A DNA stretch of 64,000 nt from Thermoanaerobaculia bacterium (GTDB lineage: Bacteria; Acidobacteriota; Thermoanaerobaculia; Gp7-AA8): contig DASVLC010000050.1 in NCBI GenBank assembly GCA_036385045.1, forward strand, positions 1,916-65,915, written 5' to 3'. Shown here piece after piece: positions 27,265 through 36,166 of this stretch (position 1 is the stretch's first letter; every line of letters begins with the position of its first letter). Position numbers and translations under genes: made by a program. A model generated the notes under the pieces. It was given only the letters and a program-made list of their open reading frames with translations. It did no database searches and was not told the origin of the DNA.

Positions 27265-29408
27265 GAGGATCTGCAATGAGTTCACAGGAACGCCTTCACT
27301 CGCTCGATGCGGTGCGCGGAATCGCGCTTCTGCTCGGCATCGTGCTCCATGCGACGATGTCCTTCTTTCTCGCAATCCCGGCGCAGGACAGCTCGCAGAG
27401 CACGACGCTCGCGGTCACCTTCTACGTGCTCCACATCTTCCGCATGACGCTGTTCTATGTGATCGCCGGTTTCTTCGCACACATGGTCTTTCATCGTCGC
27501 GGACCGCGCGCGTTCATCAAGGATCGCGCGAAGCGCATCGTTGTGCCGATGATCGCCGGCTGGATGATTCTTGCGCCGGCCACGATCGCTGCGGTGATCT
27601 GGGGGCTCTCGCGTACCTTTCGGGACGGACCGCCTCCGGGCGCGGAAGCTCTCGGGCCGCAGGGGTTCCCGCTGACGCATCTCTGGTTTCTCTACTACCT
27701 CTGTATCTTCTACGCGCTCACGCTGACGTTGCGCGCAGGGTTCGCCGCACTCGACCGGAACGGCGTACTGAGGAAGCGCGTCGATGCCATCGTCGGCGGA
27801 GGGATCACGAGCCATCTCGCGCCGCTGGCACTTGCCGCGCCGACGTTCGCCGTCCTCGCTCTCGACCCGTCCTGGACGGTCTGGTTCGGCATCCCTACTC
27901 CCGATACCGGACTCGCGCCGAAGCTGCCTGCGCTCGTGGCATACGGAACCGCATTCGTCCTCGGATGGTTGCTGCATCGACAGGCGCTGCTGCTCGGTGT
28001 GCTCGAGAGGCGGTGGCGCAGCAGTCTGGCCATCGCCGTGGCGCTCACGGTGGTCTGCCTGTCCATCGTCGGCATGACGCCGAGGATGACGGCTCTGACC
28101 GTCATCGACGGCGGCGACGCAATGCGACTCCTGTACGCTGCCTGCTATGCGCTCTCGATCTGGTTCTGGACGTTCGGCTTCATCGGCGCGGCGATGCGAT
28201 TCTTCTCCGGCGCGAGCGCCGTGATCCGCTATCTCGCCGACTCCTCGTATTTTCTCTATCTCGCGCACGTGCCGATCGTTTTTGCGCTGCAGGTTCTTCT
28301 GATGGACGTGCCGCTGCACTGGACGGCCAAGTTTCCGGCGATTCTCGCGATCACGCTCGCGGTGCTGTTCGCCAGCTATCACTATCTCGTGAGGCCGACG
28401 GTGATCGGCGAGATCCTGAACGGCCGCAGGCACCCACGCCGCAGACGAAGCTCCGTGGTGAGCGCTTCGATTCCGGCGACACCTGCAGAACCTTCACCTG
28501 GTGCTGCGTTGGATGACGGCGCGCCCGAACCGATTGCTGGCCTGGTAAATGTGACCAAGCGCTATGGCGAGGTGCTCGCGCTCGACGACGTGAATCTTGC
28601 CGTGCGGTCGGGCGAGCTGCTTGCCCTGCTGGGACCGAATGGTGCCGGCAAGACCACCGCGATCGGCCTCTGGCTCGGAACTCTCGAGCCCGACGCCGGG
28701 GTCGCTTCCGTCATGGGTGGCTCACCCCTCGACGTAAACAGCCGCCTCGGTATCGGCGTGATGATGCAGGAGGTCGCGCTCGCGCCGACGCTCACCGCGA
28801 AGGAGCTCGTCGCTTTGACGACGAGCTACTATCGCAGTCCGCTCGATGTGGACTCGGTCATCGAGCTCACGGGTATCGAATCAATTGCGAACCGGCGGTA
28901 CGCCAAGCTGTCGGGTGGCCAGAAGCGCCAGGTACAGTTCGCCGTTGCGGTCTGCGGACGTCCGCAGCTCCTGTTCCTCGACGAACCGACCGTCGGTCTC
29001 GACGTGGAAGCGCGCGAGACGATGTGGAGAGCCATCCGTTCGCTGATCGAGGATGGATGCTCGATCGTGCTCACGACGCACTATCTCGAGGAGGCGGAAG
29101 CACTCGCCGATCGCGTTGCGGTCCTCGCGAAGGGGAGAGTGATCGCTGAAGGAAGCGTCGATGAGATGCGATCGCTCGTGACGCGTACACACATCAGCTG
29201 TGCGTCCACGCTTGCGGTGGACGACATTCTGCGCTGGCCAGGTGTCGTCGATGTCGTGCGGAAGGACCAGGTAGTGCACGTCACAGCATCCGACACGGAG
29301 ACCGTCGTGCGCCGGATGCTCGCCGAGGACAGCACGCTCCATCAACTCGAAGTCAGACAGGCGAGTCTCGCCGAGGCGTTCAGTGAGCTCACGAAGGAGG
29401 CAGCATGA
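27261..29408 (+). CDS. fusion protein: acyltransferase family 3 membrane domain + ABC transporter ATPase
   Basis: The N-terminal ~390 aa are polytopic with LDAVRGIALLLGIVLHA, typical of acyltransferase_3. An Arg-rich linker follows. The C-terminal ATPase has GPNGAGKTT, LSGGQKRQ and LLFLDEPTVGLD. The start is TTG 27261 or ATG 27276. Confidence 0.8.
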   Translation: MRGSAMSSQERLHSLDAVRGIALLLGIVLHATMSFFLAIPAQDSSQSTTLAVTFYVLHIFRMTLFYVIAGFFAHMVFHRRGPRAFIKDRAKRIVVPMIAGWMILAPATIAAVIWGLSRTFRDGPPPGAEALGPQGFPLTHLWFLYYLCIFYALTLTLRAGFAALDRNGVLRKRVDAIVGGGITSHLAPLALAAPTFAVLALDPSWTVWFGIPTPDTGLAPKLPALVAYGTAFVLGWLLHRQALLLGVLERRWRSSLAIAVALTVVCLSIVGMTPRMTALTVIDGGDAMRLLYAACYALSIWFWTFGFIGAAMRFFSGASAVIRYLADSSYFLYLAHVPIVFALQVLLMDVPLHWTAKFPAILAITLAVLFASYHYLVRPTVIGEILNGRRHPRRRRSSVVSASIPATPAEPSPGAALDDGAPEPIAGLVNVTKRYGEVLALDDVNLAVRSGELLALLGPNGAGKTTAIGLWLGTLEPDAGVASVMGGSPLDVNSRLGIGVMMQEVALAPTLTAKELVALTTSYYRSPLDVDSVIELTGIESIANRRYAKLSGGQKRQVQFAVAVCGRPQLLFLDEPTVGLDVEARETMWRAIRSLIEDGCSIVLTTHYLEEAEALADRVAVLAKGRVIAEGSVDEMRSLVTRTHISCASTLAVDDILRWPGVVDVVRKDQVVHVTASDTETVVRRMLAEDSTLHQLEVRQASLAEAFSELTKEAA

Positions 29409-30232
29409 ACACAACTACTGTAGAGACTCTGACTCCGGGGAGAGGAGACTTTGCTGTGCATCGCGAGCCCCTGCCTTTCGGTCGGATATTCCGCGCGTAT
29501 CTCACGGAGGCGAAGCTCGAAATGCTCGGAGCGTTGCGCACACCCGGGTTTGCCATCCCGTTCATCGCGGTTCCCGTCGCGATCTACATTTTCTTCGGGA
29601 TCGTGATTGCCGGGAATGCCGGAGCCAGCGGCGAGTACGGCCCGGGCATCGCCAACTATCTCTTCTCCGGCTTTTCGGTGATCGCGGCGATTCTGCCGGG
29701 AATCTTCAGCGGAGTGATTCTCGCGACCGAGCGGGAGGGCAATCTTCTCAAGCTCAAGCGCGCGCTGCCGATGCCTCCGGGTGCCACGCTCGTGGCGAAG
29801 ACGGTCATGTCGATGGGCATCGCAGCGATCGCGGTAACGCTCGTCGCCATCGCGGCGCTCATCGCCGGAAAGATCACGATCTCGCTCGTCCAGGTGGCGG
29901 CCATCTGGACCGTCCTGATCATCGGGACGATTCCCTTCTGCGCGATCGGGCTGCTCATCGGCGCGTACGTGTCGGCGTCCGCGGCACCGGCGTACGGCAA
30001 CCTGGTTTTCCTGCCGATGATGTGGCTCTCCGGGCTCTTCATTCCTCTTCCGGGCTTTCTGGAGAAGTGGGTCGTGATCTGGCCCGCGTTTCACCTGAAC
30101 CAGCTCGCCCTCGGGTTGGCCGGTGTCGAGCAGTTCACCTTCGTCCCTCCCGTGTTCGCGGCAGCCGTCCTGACGGGTGTCACCGTCATCTGCGGAGGTT
30201 TAGCAATCCGAAGGCTCGCGCGCGTGGGGTAG
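29405..30232 (+). CDS. ABC-2 type transporter permease
   Basis: 275 aa, 6 TM. ATGA overlap with the upstream fusion gene. Confidence 0.7.
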   Translation: MNTTTVETLTPGRGDFAVHREPLPFGRIFRAYLTEAKLEMLGALRTPGFAIPFIAVPVAIYIFFGIVIAGNAGASGEYGPGIANYLFSGFSVIAAILPGIFSGVILATEREGNLLKLKRALPMPPGATLVAKTVMSMGIAAIAVTLVAIAALIAGKITISLVQVAAIWTVLIIGTIPFCAIGLLIGAYVSASAAPAYGNLVFLPMMWLSGLFIPLPGFLEKWVVIWPAFHLNQLALGLAGVEQFTFVPPVFAAAVLTGVTVICGGLAIRRLARVG

Positions 30233-30288
30233 TAGGCTAAGCGTCACCCACATGACTGCGGGCGGCGACCTGCATCTGCTTTCTGCCC

Positions 30289-30394
30289 GGTCGCCGATGA
30301 GGGGATCCCTCGACCGTCCTCCGCCCCTCCCGCCACACACGCCCGCCCCCGGGGCTCCGGCGGCTCGGGATGACAGATAAGGAGTTAGGCTCTC
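30289..30394. repeat. Family B repeat, copy B2 (right half of B1 plus outer flank)
   Basis: GGTCGCCGATGAGGGGATCCCT..CTCCGGCGGCTCGGGATGACA aligns to B1 positions 25121-25205. The outer flank GGAGTTAGGC mirrors GCCTAACTCC to the left of B1. Confidence 0.7.
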
Positions 30395-30397
30395 CCC

Positions 30398-30694
30398 CTA
30401 CGGCCGCACGTCGAGGACCGGGTCATTCTCCTGCCCGTTCGCTCGAATCGTGTACTTGTACTGGCCCTCTTTCTCGAAGACGCCCGTGTCGGCCCGATGA
30501 GCGCAGCCCCTGCCGCCCTGCGCATACCTCAGATCGGTGTAGCCTTCGATCTCGATCGTGAATTCGAACTCGGCACACCAGCGCACCCGCTGTTTGCCCC
30601 TCCTGATCGGAACAGGGTCGATGTCGGGAACCGGCAGCCCCGCTGCGTCGAGCGTAAGGGTGACTAGTTTCTCTGCGTTCTGATCGTTCACCAT
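30398..30694 (-). CDS. small hypothetical protein (98 aa from MVNDQN)
   Basis: An ORF immediately downstream of the Ser/Thr kinase on the same strand. I recognise no motif. Confidence 0.4.
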   Translation of the reverse strand: MVNDQNAEKLVTLTLDAAGLPVPDIDPVPIRRGKQRVRWCAEFEFTIEIEGYTDLRYAQGGRGCAHRADTGVFEKEGQYKYTIRANGQENDPVLDVRP

Positions 30695-30747
30695 CGGTCC
30701 CTCTCTCCTGTCGTACTGTTGCCGCGCCGCTCTCGAGATCCCGAGTC

Positions 30748-33324
30748 TCACCGCGCGGTCGTCTGCGTCGCGACCGGGATTATCGTTGCAAGACGACCAT
30801 TCTTTCTCAGATTCGCAAACTCGGGGTCGGCGACGACGTCGTCGGGGTTGAATCCGAGCCTGAGGGCCTGCTCGAGCCGCGCGAGAACTTCCTCTTCGAG
30901 GCCGCTCACGTTCGCGATGACCGCGGCTTCATAGGCATGCGCGGCATTCTGCGGCTCGAGCTCGAGAGCGCGGAGAATGGAATTGCGGGCACGCTTCGCA
31001 TCGCCCAGCTTCGCGGCACAGGTCGCGAGCGTCGCATGTGCAGCCGCATCGGAGGGATTCACGGCGATCGTCTCTTCACAGAGCTCGATCGCACGGCGGT
31101 AGGCGGCACGGGCCCGTTCACGCTTCCCTGGAATCCAACGGTAGGCATCGCCGAGATTGCGCCAGAAGATTACGTAGGTCGGGCTGAGCTCGACCGCCTT
31201 TTCGACGGCTGCAGCCGCCTCCTGGTAGCGACCGAGGAAGTAGTAGCACGTACCGAGATTCGAATACGCCTGTGCCGAAGGGCTGCGTTGAATGGACGTC
31301 GTGAAGACGCGAATTGCGTCGTCGTGACGCCCGAGCCGCTGATACATCGCCCCGAGGTTGTTGTAGCCGCGCAGATTGTCGGGAGAGAGCTCGACGACCT
31401 TGCTGAACATCGGAACGGCGTCCGCCGCCCGTCCGCGGAGAAAATAGAAAACGCCGAGCTTGTTGTAACCGGCCCAGTAGTTCGGCTGCAGCTGGATTGC
31501 ACGTTTATAGGATGACTCCGCGTTCTCGACGTCGCCGGCGAGCCTGTATGTCTCGGCCAGCTCGAGCACCGCATCGGCATGGTTTGGTTGCTGAGAGAGC
31601 ACTCGGAGGAACGCGCTGATCGCCTCCGGATAGCGTCCTGTTTCCCGCCTCAGCTCTCCGAGTGTCACGTTCACATCGAGACTGAGCGGATCGGCTTCCA
31701 GTGCGGCATCCGCGGCGTTTCCGGCCAGCAGGGCGAATCTCGCGTCCTTCGATTCCCGATACTTGATCAGGTAAGCACGTGCGAGTGCTGCCTGGACGGA
31801 GGCAGAGGAACCGAGCCTCTGCAGAATCTCGACGGCCTGCTCGACTGACTCCGGCTCGTGGTACTGCCGCAGATGACCGATCGCCTCGAGGTATCGCCGC
31901 TGCGAGACCGCCGGATCAAGCATAGGGCGCACCGTGGTCGTACCGAGGTCGAGGTTGCGAGCAACGCTCCTGGCAACCGCATCCTGCAGTGCAAAGAGGT
32001 CGTCGACTTTGCCCTCGATGAGATCGCGCCATTCGCGGCCCTCTCTGACGGGTGAGACCGAATAGGTCACGCGCATGCGGTCTCCGCTTCTCATCATTGA
32101 GCCGGTGAGAATGAGATCCGCACCGAGATCGAGGGCCGTCTTCTCCGGAGAAGCATCGTCCGAAGTGGGAGGCGGGCGGATGATCTGAACAGTGGGATAT
32201 CCTGCCAGACGCGTGGTCAGAGTCTCGGCAAATCCGGTGGCGACCAGGTGTCCGGTTGGATCGCCGGTGAGGTCGCGGAACTTCATCACCACGAGCTGGT
32301 GGCGTGGCGCCGACACCTGCGCGGTCGTCTCGGCGGCCGGCGCCGGCTCGGGGCGTCTGGCCAGGTAGGCCATCCCGGCAATGAATGCCCCGAGGACGAT
32401 CGCTGCGATGGCAACTCCTCTTCGCCTTTCCGACCGGAACGAACCGAGCGACGCACCACTCTGAACGGCGTTAATCCGGTCTCGCAACAGGCGCAGTTCG
32501 TTCGCCAGATCGCGCGTGGAGGAGTAACGATCCGACGGAGTCTTTGCCAGAAGTCTTCTGACGATGTCGCCGAGTTGCTCCGGAATGCGCCGGTCGACAC
32601 GCGAGAGCGGAACCGGATCCTTGTGCAGGATCATCGAGAGTGTGTCGATGGCAGTCTCGCCATGAAAAGCCGGTTTCGCCGTCAGCAGTTCGTAGAGGAT
32701 CGTGCCGAATGCGAACTGATCCGAACGGAAGTCGATCCGCTTGCCGGTCGCCTGTTCGGGCGACATGTAACCAACCGTGCCGAGAATCGTCCCCGGATTC
32801 GTCCCTCCCATCTCGAGTTGCACCGTGGTGTCGCCCTCGAGAACCGGAGTGATTACCTTGGCGAGCCCGAAATCGAGGATCTTTATGTAGCCGTCCCGGG
32901 TGACCATGATGTTCTCGGGCTTCAGGTCGCGATGAACGATGCCGCGGTCGTGCGCCGCGGCCAGGCCATCCGCGATCTGAACGGCGAAATCGAGTGTCTT
33001 CGCGGGCGAAAGAGGCCCCTCTGTGATCATGGTCCGCAGATCGCGTCCATCGATGTACTCCATGACGATGAACGGAGAGCCCTCCTCCGCGCCGACTTCG
33101 TGGATTGTCACGATGTTCGGATGATTCAGAGCCGAGGCAGACCGAGACTCCTGGGTAAAGCGGCTCAGAGTGTCGGGATCGGAGGCAAGCCGGGACGGCA
33201 GCATCTTGATCGCGACGCGGCGGCCGAGACTCGGATCGTGGGCGGAGAAGACATCCCCCATCCCTCCCGAGCCGATCTGCCCGAGGATTTCGTAGTGCCC
33301 CAGCCTGTCGCCAGCCATGCTCAT
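30748..33324 (-). CDS. serine/threonine protein kinase with C-terminal TPR repeats
   Basis: Kinase motifs GSGGMGDVF, VAIK, HRDLKPEN, DFG and SPE, one TM segment, then a long TPR array. Confidence 0.9.
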   Translation of the reverse strand: MSMAGDRLGHYEILGQIGSGGMGDVFSAHDPSLGRRVAIKMLPSRLASDPDTLSRFTQESRSASALNHPNIVTIHEVGAEEGSPFIVMEYIDGRDLRTMITEGPLSPAKTLDFAVQIADGLAAAHDRGIVHRDLKPENIMVTRDGYIKILDFGLAKVITPVLEGDTTVQLEMGGTNPGTILGTVGYMSPEQATGKRIDFRSDQFAFGTILYELLTAKPAFHGETAIDTLSMILHKDPVPLSRVDRRIPEQLGDIVRRLLAKTPSDRYSSTRDLANELRLLRDRINAVQSGASLGSFRSERRRGVAIAAIVLGAFIAGMAYLARRPEPAPAAETTAQVSAPRHQLVVMKFRDLTGDPTGHLVATGFAETLTTRLAGYPTVQIIRPPPTSDDASPEKTALDLGADLILTGSMMRSGDRMRVTYSVSPVREGREWRDLIEGKVDDLFALQDAVARSVARNLDLGTTTVRPMLDPAVSQRRYLEAIGHLRQYHEPESVEQAVEILQRLGSSASVQAALARAYLIKYRESKDARFALLAGNAADAALEADPLSLDVNVTLGELRRETGRYPEAISAFLRVLSQQPNHADAVLELAETYRLAGDVENAESSYKRAIQLQPNYWAGYNKLGVFYFLRGRAADAVPMFSKVVELSPDNLRGYNNLGAMYQRLGRHDDAIRVFTTSIQRSPSAQAYSNLGTCYYFLGRYQEAAAAVEKAVELSPTYVIFWRNLGDAYRWIPGKRERARAAYRRAIELCEETIAVNPSDAAAHATLATCAAKLGDAKRARNSILRALELEPQNAAHAYEAAVIANVSGLEEEVLARLEQALRLGFNPDDVVADPEFANLRKNGRLATIIPVATQTTAR

Positions 33325-33421
33325 CGATCAGGTTCGTAACTTCCGGGATTCTACCCTTCCGATCTCTCTCTCCCCGCGCAGGTATAATCGTGCTGCTCCC
33401 CGGAACTGAGGGTCCTGGTTC

Positions 33422-33991
33422 GTGGCACGAGCTCGCAATCTGCTGGCGTTCGTCGTTGTCCTTGCTGCTGCCAGTAGCGCAGCCCGCAACCGACCTGTCC
33501 CGATGGTCGCCTGGAAGATCGTTCCCCCCGGAGCCACTGTTGACGCTCCTCTGGTGCTTTTCTGGGTTCCGTCATCGCCCGACGAGCTGAAGCGGTCACC
33601 GCTGCTCTCTTCGGCCCAACTCGCTCATTTCTCGACTCGCTGCGTCGCCATGAGAATTGTCCGCGTGGACGACGTCCGGCGGGCCGCACAGCTGGAGGTT
33701 GGCCCCCAGCTTCCAGCGGTGATCCTTACCGAAGGGGAGGGTCGCATTCTCGGTCGCATCGACAGTGAAGGTCCCTTGAACGTGCGAGACGTCGAAGATC
33801 TCGTTCGCGGTGCGATCGACCGGCGAACCGAAGAGGCGAACGCGCTACTCGACCTCGCCCGCTCCCACTACGAGGACGGCGATGTCGACTCCGCGACCGA
33901 GATCTACCGCGTGGTGCGAGAGCAGCGTTGCGTCTGTCCTCGGGAAGCCCGCGACGCGGATCGCGCACTCAAGAAGCTGAAGAAGCGGTAG
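33422..33991 (+). CDS. secreted hypothetical protein
   Basis: GTG start and signal peptide LLAFVVVLAAASSA. A possible thioredoxin-like fold lacks CxxC. A TATAAT-like box lies upstream at ~33383. Confidence 0.45.
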   Translation: MARARNLLAFVVVLAAASSAARNRPVPMVAWKIVPPGATVDAPLVLFWVPSSPDELKRSPLLSSAQLAHFSTRCVAMRIVRVDDVRRAAQLEVGPQLPAVILTEGEGRILGRIDSEGPLNVRDVEDLVRGAIDRRTEEANALLDLARSHYEDGDVDSATEIYRVVREQRCVCPREARDADRALKKLKKR

Positions 33992-34008
33992 GACCAACCG
34001 CCCGGAGC

Positions 34009-34037
34009 AAAAAAAAGGGTGGGGATGCTCCCCACCC
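34009..34037 (-). terminator. rho-independent terminator of the desaturase gene
   Basis: On the minus strand, GGGTGGGG-AGCAT-CCCCACCC is followed by T8. It lies 27 nt after the stop. Confidence 0.8.
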
Positions 34038-34063
34038 TCGAACGATCGTTGTGAACGGTGAAT

Positions 34064-35167
34064 CTAAGCCGTCTGCAGGATCCGAACGGCACGTCTCCAG
34101 TGACGTCGGGAGTTCCGCACGTATCGATACGCCATCCGTCGCGTCTTTCGCCAGGCCATTCCCTCGGCCCGTTCCTCCAGCGCACGGCGCCAGAGCGCAA
34201 ACGCCTTCTCGAGTTGAGCCGAGGCAACCTTCAGCCGGCGCCTCGCCTCGTCGGCGAGCGAACCGGTCGCAGACTCGATCTTCATCTCGACGACGCGGAC
34301 CGCTGCACTCATCCGTGCCTGCTCGATCTGCGGGAGCGGCGTCGCCAGCAACCCTTTCGCGAGTCCGATGTAGTGTAAGCCTCCGATCCACCACTTCGCG
34401 GGATCCCACTGGTACCAGCGGATTCCGTTGCGAAAATCGGATGGGAAGCGATGGTGGAACGAGTGATACCCCTCGCCGAGTGTGACGAGCGCAACGAGCC
34501 AGTTGTCACGCGCCGACGCTTCGGCGTTGAACTCCGGTTTTCCGAGAGTGTGAGCGAGTGAATTCACGAAGAACGTCGTGTGGTGAATCACGACGATTCG
34601 GGTGAAGCCGCCCCAAAGCAGTCCGGCGATCGGGTCGCCGAAGGCTGCTCCAATCAGCGTCGGCAGACCGAATCCACCGAGAATGAGAATCTGCTTGTGC
34701 CAGCGGTGCTGCCACATCACGATCCGATTCGCCTTCAGGTCGGGCGAGTTCGCGAACGTGTCGTCGCGCTCATGGTTGCGGAAGAAGATCCAGAACATGT
34801 GCGCCCACCAGAAGCCGCGACGGATGTTGTACGGATCCCAGTCCTTGTCGGCGTACTTGTGATGCACCCGATGGCTCGATGACCACCAGAGAATCGAGTT
34901 CTGCGCCGCCATCGCCCCGAAGAAGGCGTAGAACAACTGGACGATTGGCGAGGCCTCGTAGGTCTTGTGGGAGAAGAAACGGTGGTAGCCGGCGCAGATC
35001 GAGATTCCGACCGCGAGGTACATGCCGACCATCAGAACCAGCATCCACAACTGGAAGCCCGCATACCAGGTGTACGCGGCGGTACCGATGATGCCGATGA
35101 TGGGCGTGAGGGTCAGGAACGCAATATTGACCCAGTCTTTTTCCTGCTGCTGCTGAGCTGCTTTGAT
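34064..35167 (-). CDS. acyl-CoA (delta-9 type) fatty acid desaturase
   Basis: His boxes HRFFSH, HRVHHKYAD and SFHHRFP. The conserved N-terminus (KDWVNIAFLTLTPIIG) extends upstream of the track start at 35050. The proposed start is ATC 35167, with GGAGG at 35175-35179. Confidence 0.8.
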   Translation of the reverse strand: MKAAQQQQEKDWVNIAFLTLTPIIGIIGTAAYTWYAGFQLWMLVLMVGMYLAVGISICAGYHRFFSHKTYEASPIVQLFYAFFGAMAAQNSILWWSSSHRVHHKYADKDWDPYNIRRGFWWAHMFWIFFRNHERDDTFANSPDLKANRIVMWQHRWHKQILILGGFGLPTLIGAAFGDPIAGLLWGGFTRIVVIHHTTFFVNSLAHTLGKPEFNAEASARDNWLVALVTLGEGYHSFHHRFPSDFRNGIRWYQWDPAKWWIGGLHYIGLAKGLLATPLPQIEQARMSAAVRVVEMKIESATGSLADEARRRLKVASAQLEKAFALWRRALEERAEGMAWRKTRRMAYRYVRNSRRHWRRAVRILQTA

Positions 35168-35362
35168 GGCGCCACCTCCGGAGATGCTCTGCGTGGACGC
35201 GATTATCCACGTGTCGAGTGTGGCTGGGAACGTTTCTTTCGCCCGACGTATTCACACCCGTGCGTGGGCAGTGCCAGATCTCTGCCTGCTGACCGGTGCA
35301 ACTGCTGGGCATGCCTGCCCGATTGCGGCACGGTTTGCACGCTTCCTGCTTTAGGCATCGCT

Positions 35363-35791
35363 ATGAGAAAGCAGAGACTTGTACTTCTATTATTGATCGT
35401 CGTCGCTATTCCTCTTTCGCTGGATGCCCAGACCCGCTTCGGTGTACGTGCCGGAATCACGGATGGTGATCCGATGATCGGCACCGACATCATGGTTCCG
35501 CTCAGGAACGGCTTCGTTTTGAATCCGAATGTCGAGTTCACGACCAACCTCTTCATGGCGAATGCGGATGCGCATTACGACATCCGGCTCAACGAACGCA
35601 CCGACATCTGGTTCGGTGCGGGGCTCGCCTTCATCAAACCATCGGGTGACGACTATGAAGGCGGGGTCAGCCTCCTCGCTGGCGCCGGCGCACGCCGCAG
35701 TCGCTGGTATCCCTATGGTCAGGCACGAGTTACGTCCGCGGGCGGCGATCTCGGCACGATTGTGTCTGTGGCGGGCGGGATCCGGTTCTAG
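35363..35791 (+). CDS. small outer-membrane beta-barrel-like protein
   Basis: 142 aa with a signal peptide, alternating hydrophobic pattern and C-terminal aromatic residue (GGIRF). Confidence 0.5.
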   Translation: MRKQRLVLLLLIVVAIPLSLDAQTRFGVRAGITDGDPMIGTDIMVPLRNGFVLNPNVEFTTNLFMANADAHYDIRLNERTDIWFGAGLAFIKPSGDDYEGGVSLLAGAGARRSRWYPYGQARVTSAGGDLGTIVSVAGGIRF

Positions 35792-35899
35792 CCACGACCC
35801 GTGCGAGCGCAAAGGCGCATCAATCACCCCCGCGCTCTAAGTGTGCCGATGGACGAATGCGCGTGCATTCGCGCCTTGCACGGCCCCTCACCCGGCCTT

Positions 35900-36060
35900 C
35901 GGCCACCCTCTCCCCGCCAGAATCGCGGGGAGAGGGGCGGCGAACCCCGCAGGGAGACGGACAACAAATCGCCGGACGGTCGTAGCGCAGGCGTCCTCGC
36001 CTGCCGTACCGCGGATGTCCTCGTCCGCACGCGGACGTCTCGCCAGGCGTCTCGCCCGCC
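35900..36060 (-). repeat. Family C repeat, copy C3 (inverted, rearranged modules)
   Basis: 35981-36029 is the reverse complement of the C1/C2 core (CGTAGCGCAGGCGTCCTCGCCTGCCGTACCGCGGA). The CCCTCTCCCCGC..GCGGGGAGAGG hairpin is at ~35907-35936. Confidence 0.65.
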
Positions 36061-36166
36061 GGGCGCCGAGGGGTGTCCTGCCGCGTCTGTGACAGCCGGC
36101 ACGTTCCGGGCGCTGCCGCTGTTGTTTTGATCTCTGCGATAGACTGCCCCGCCGCAAGGAGATCAC

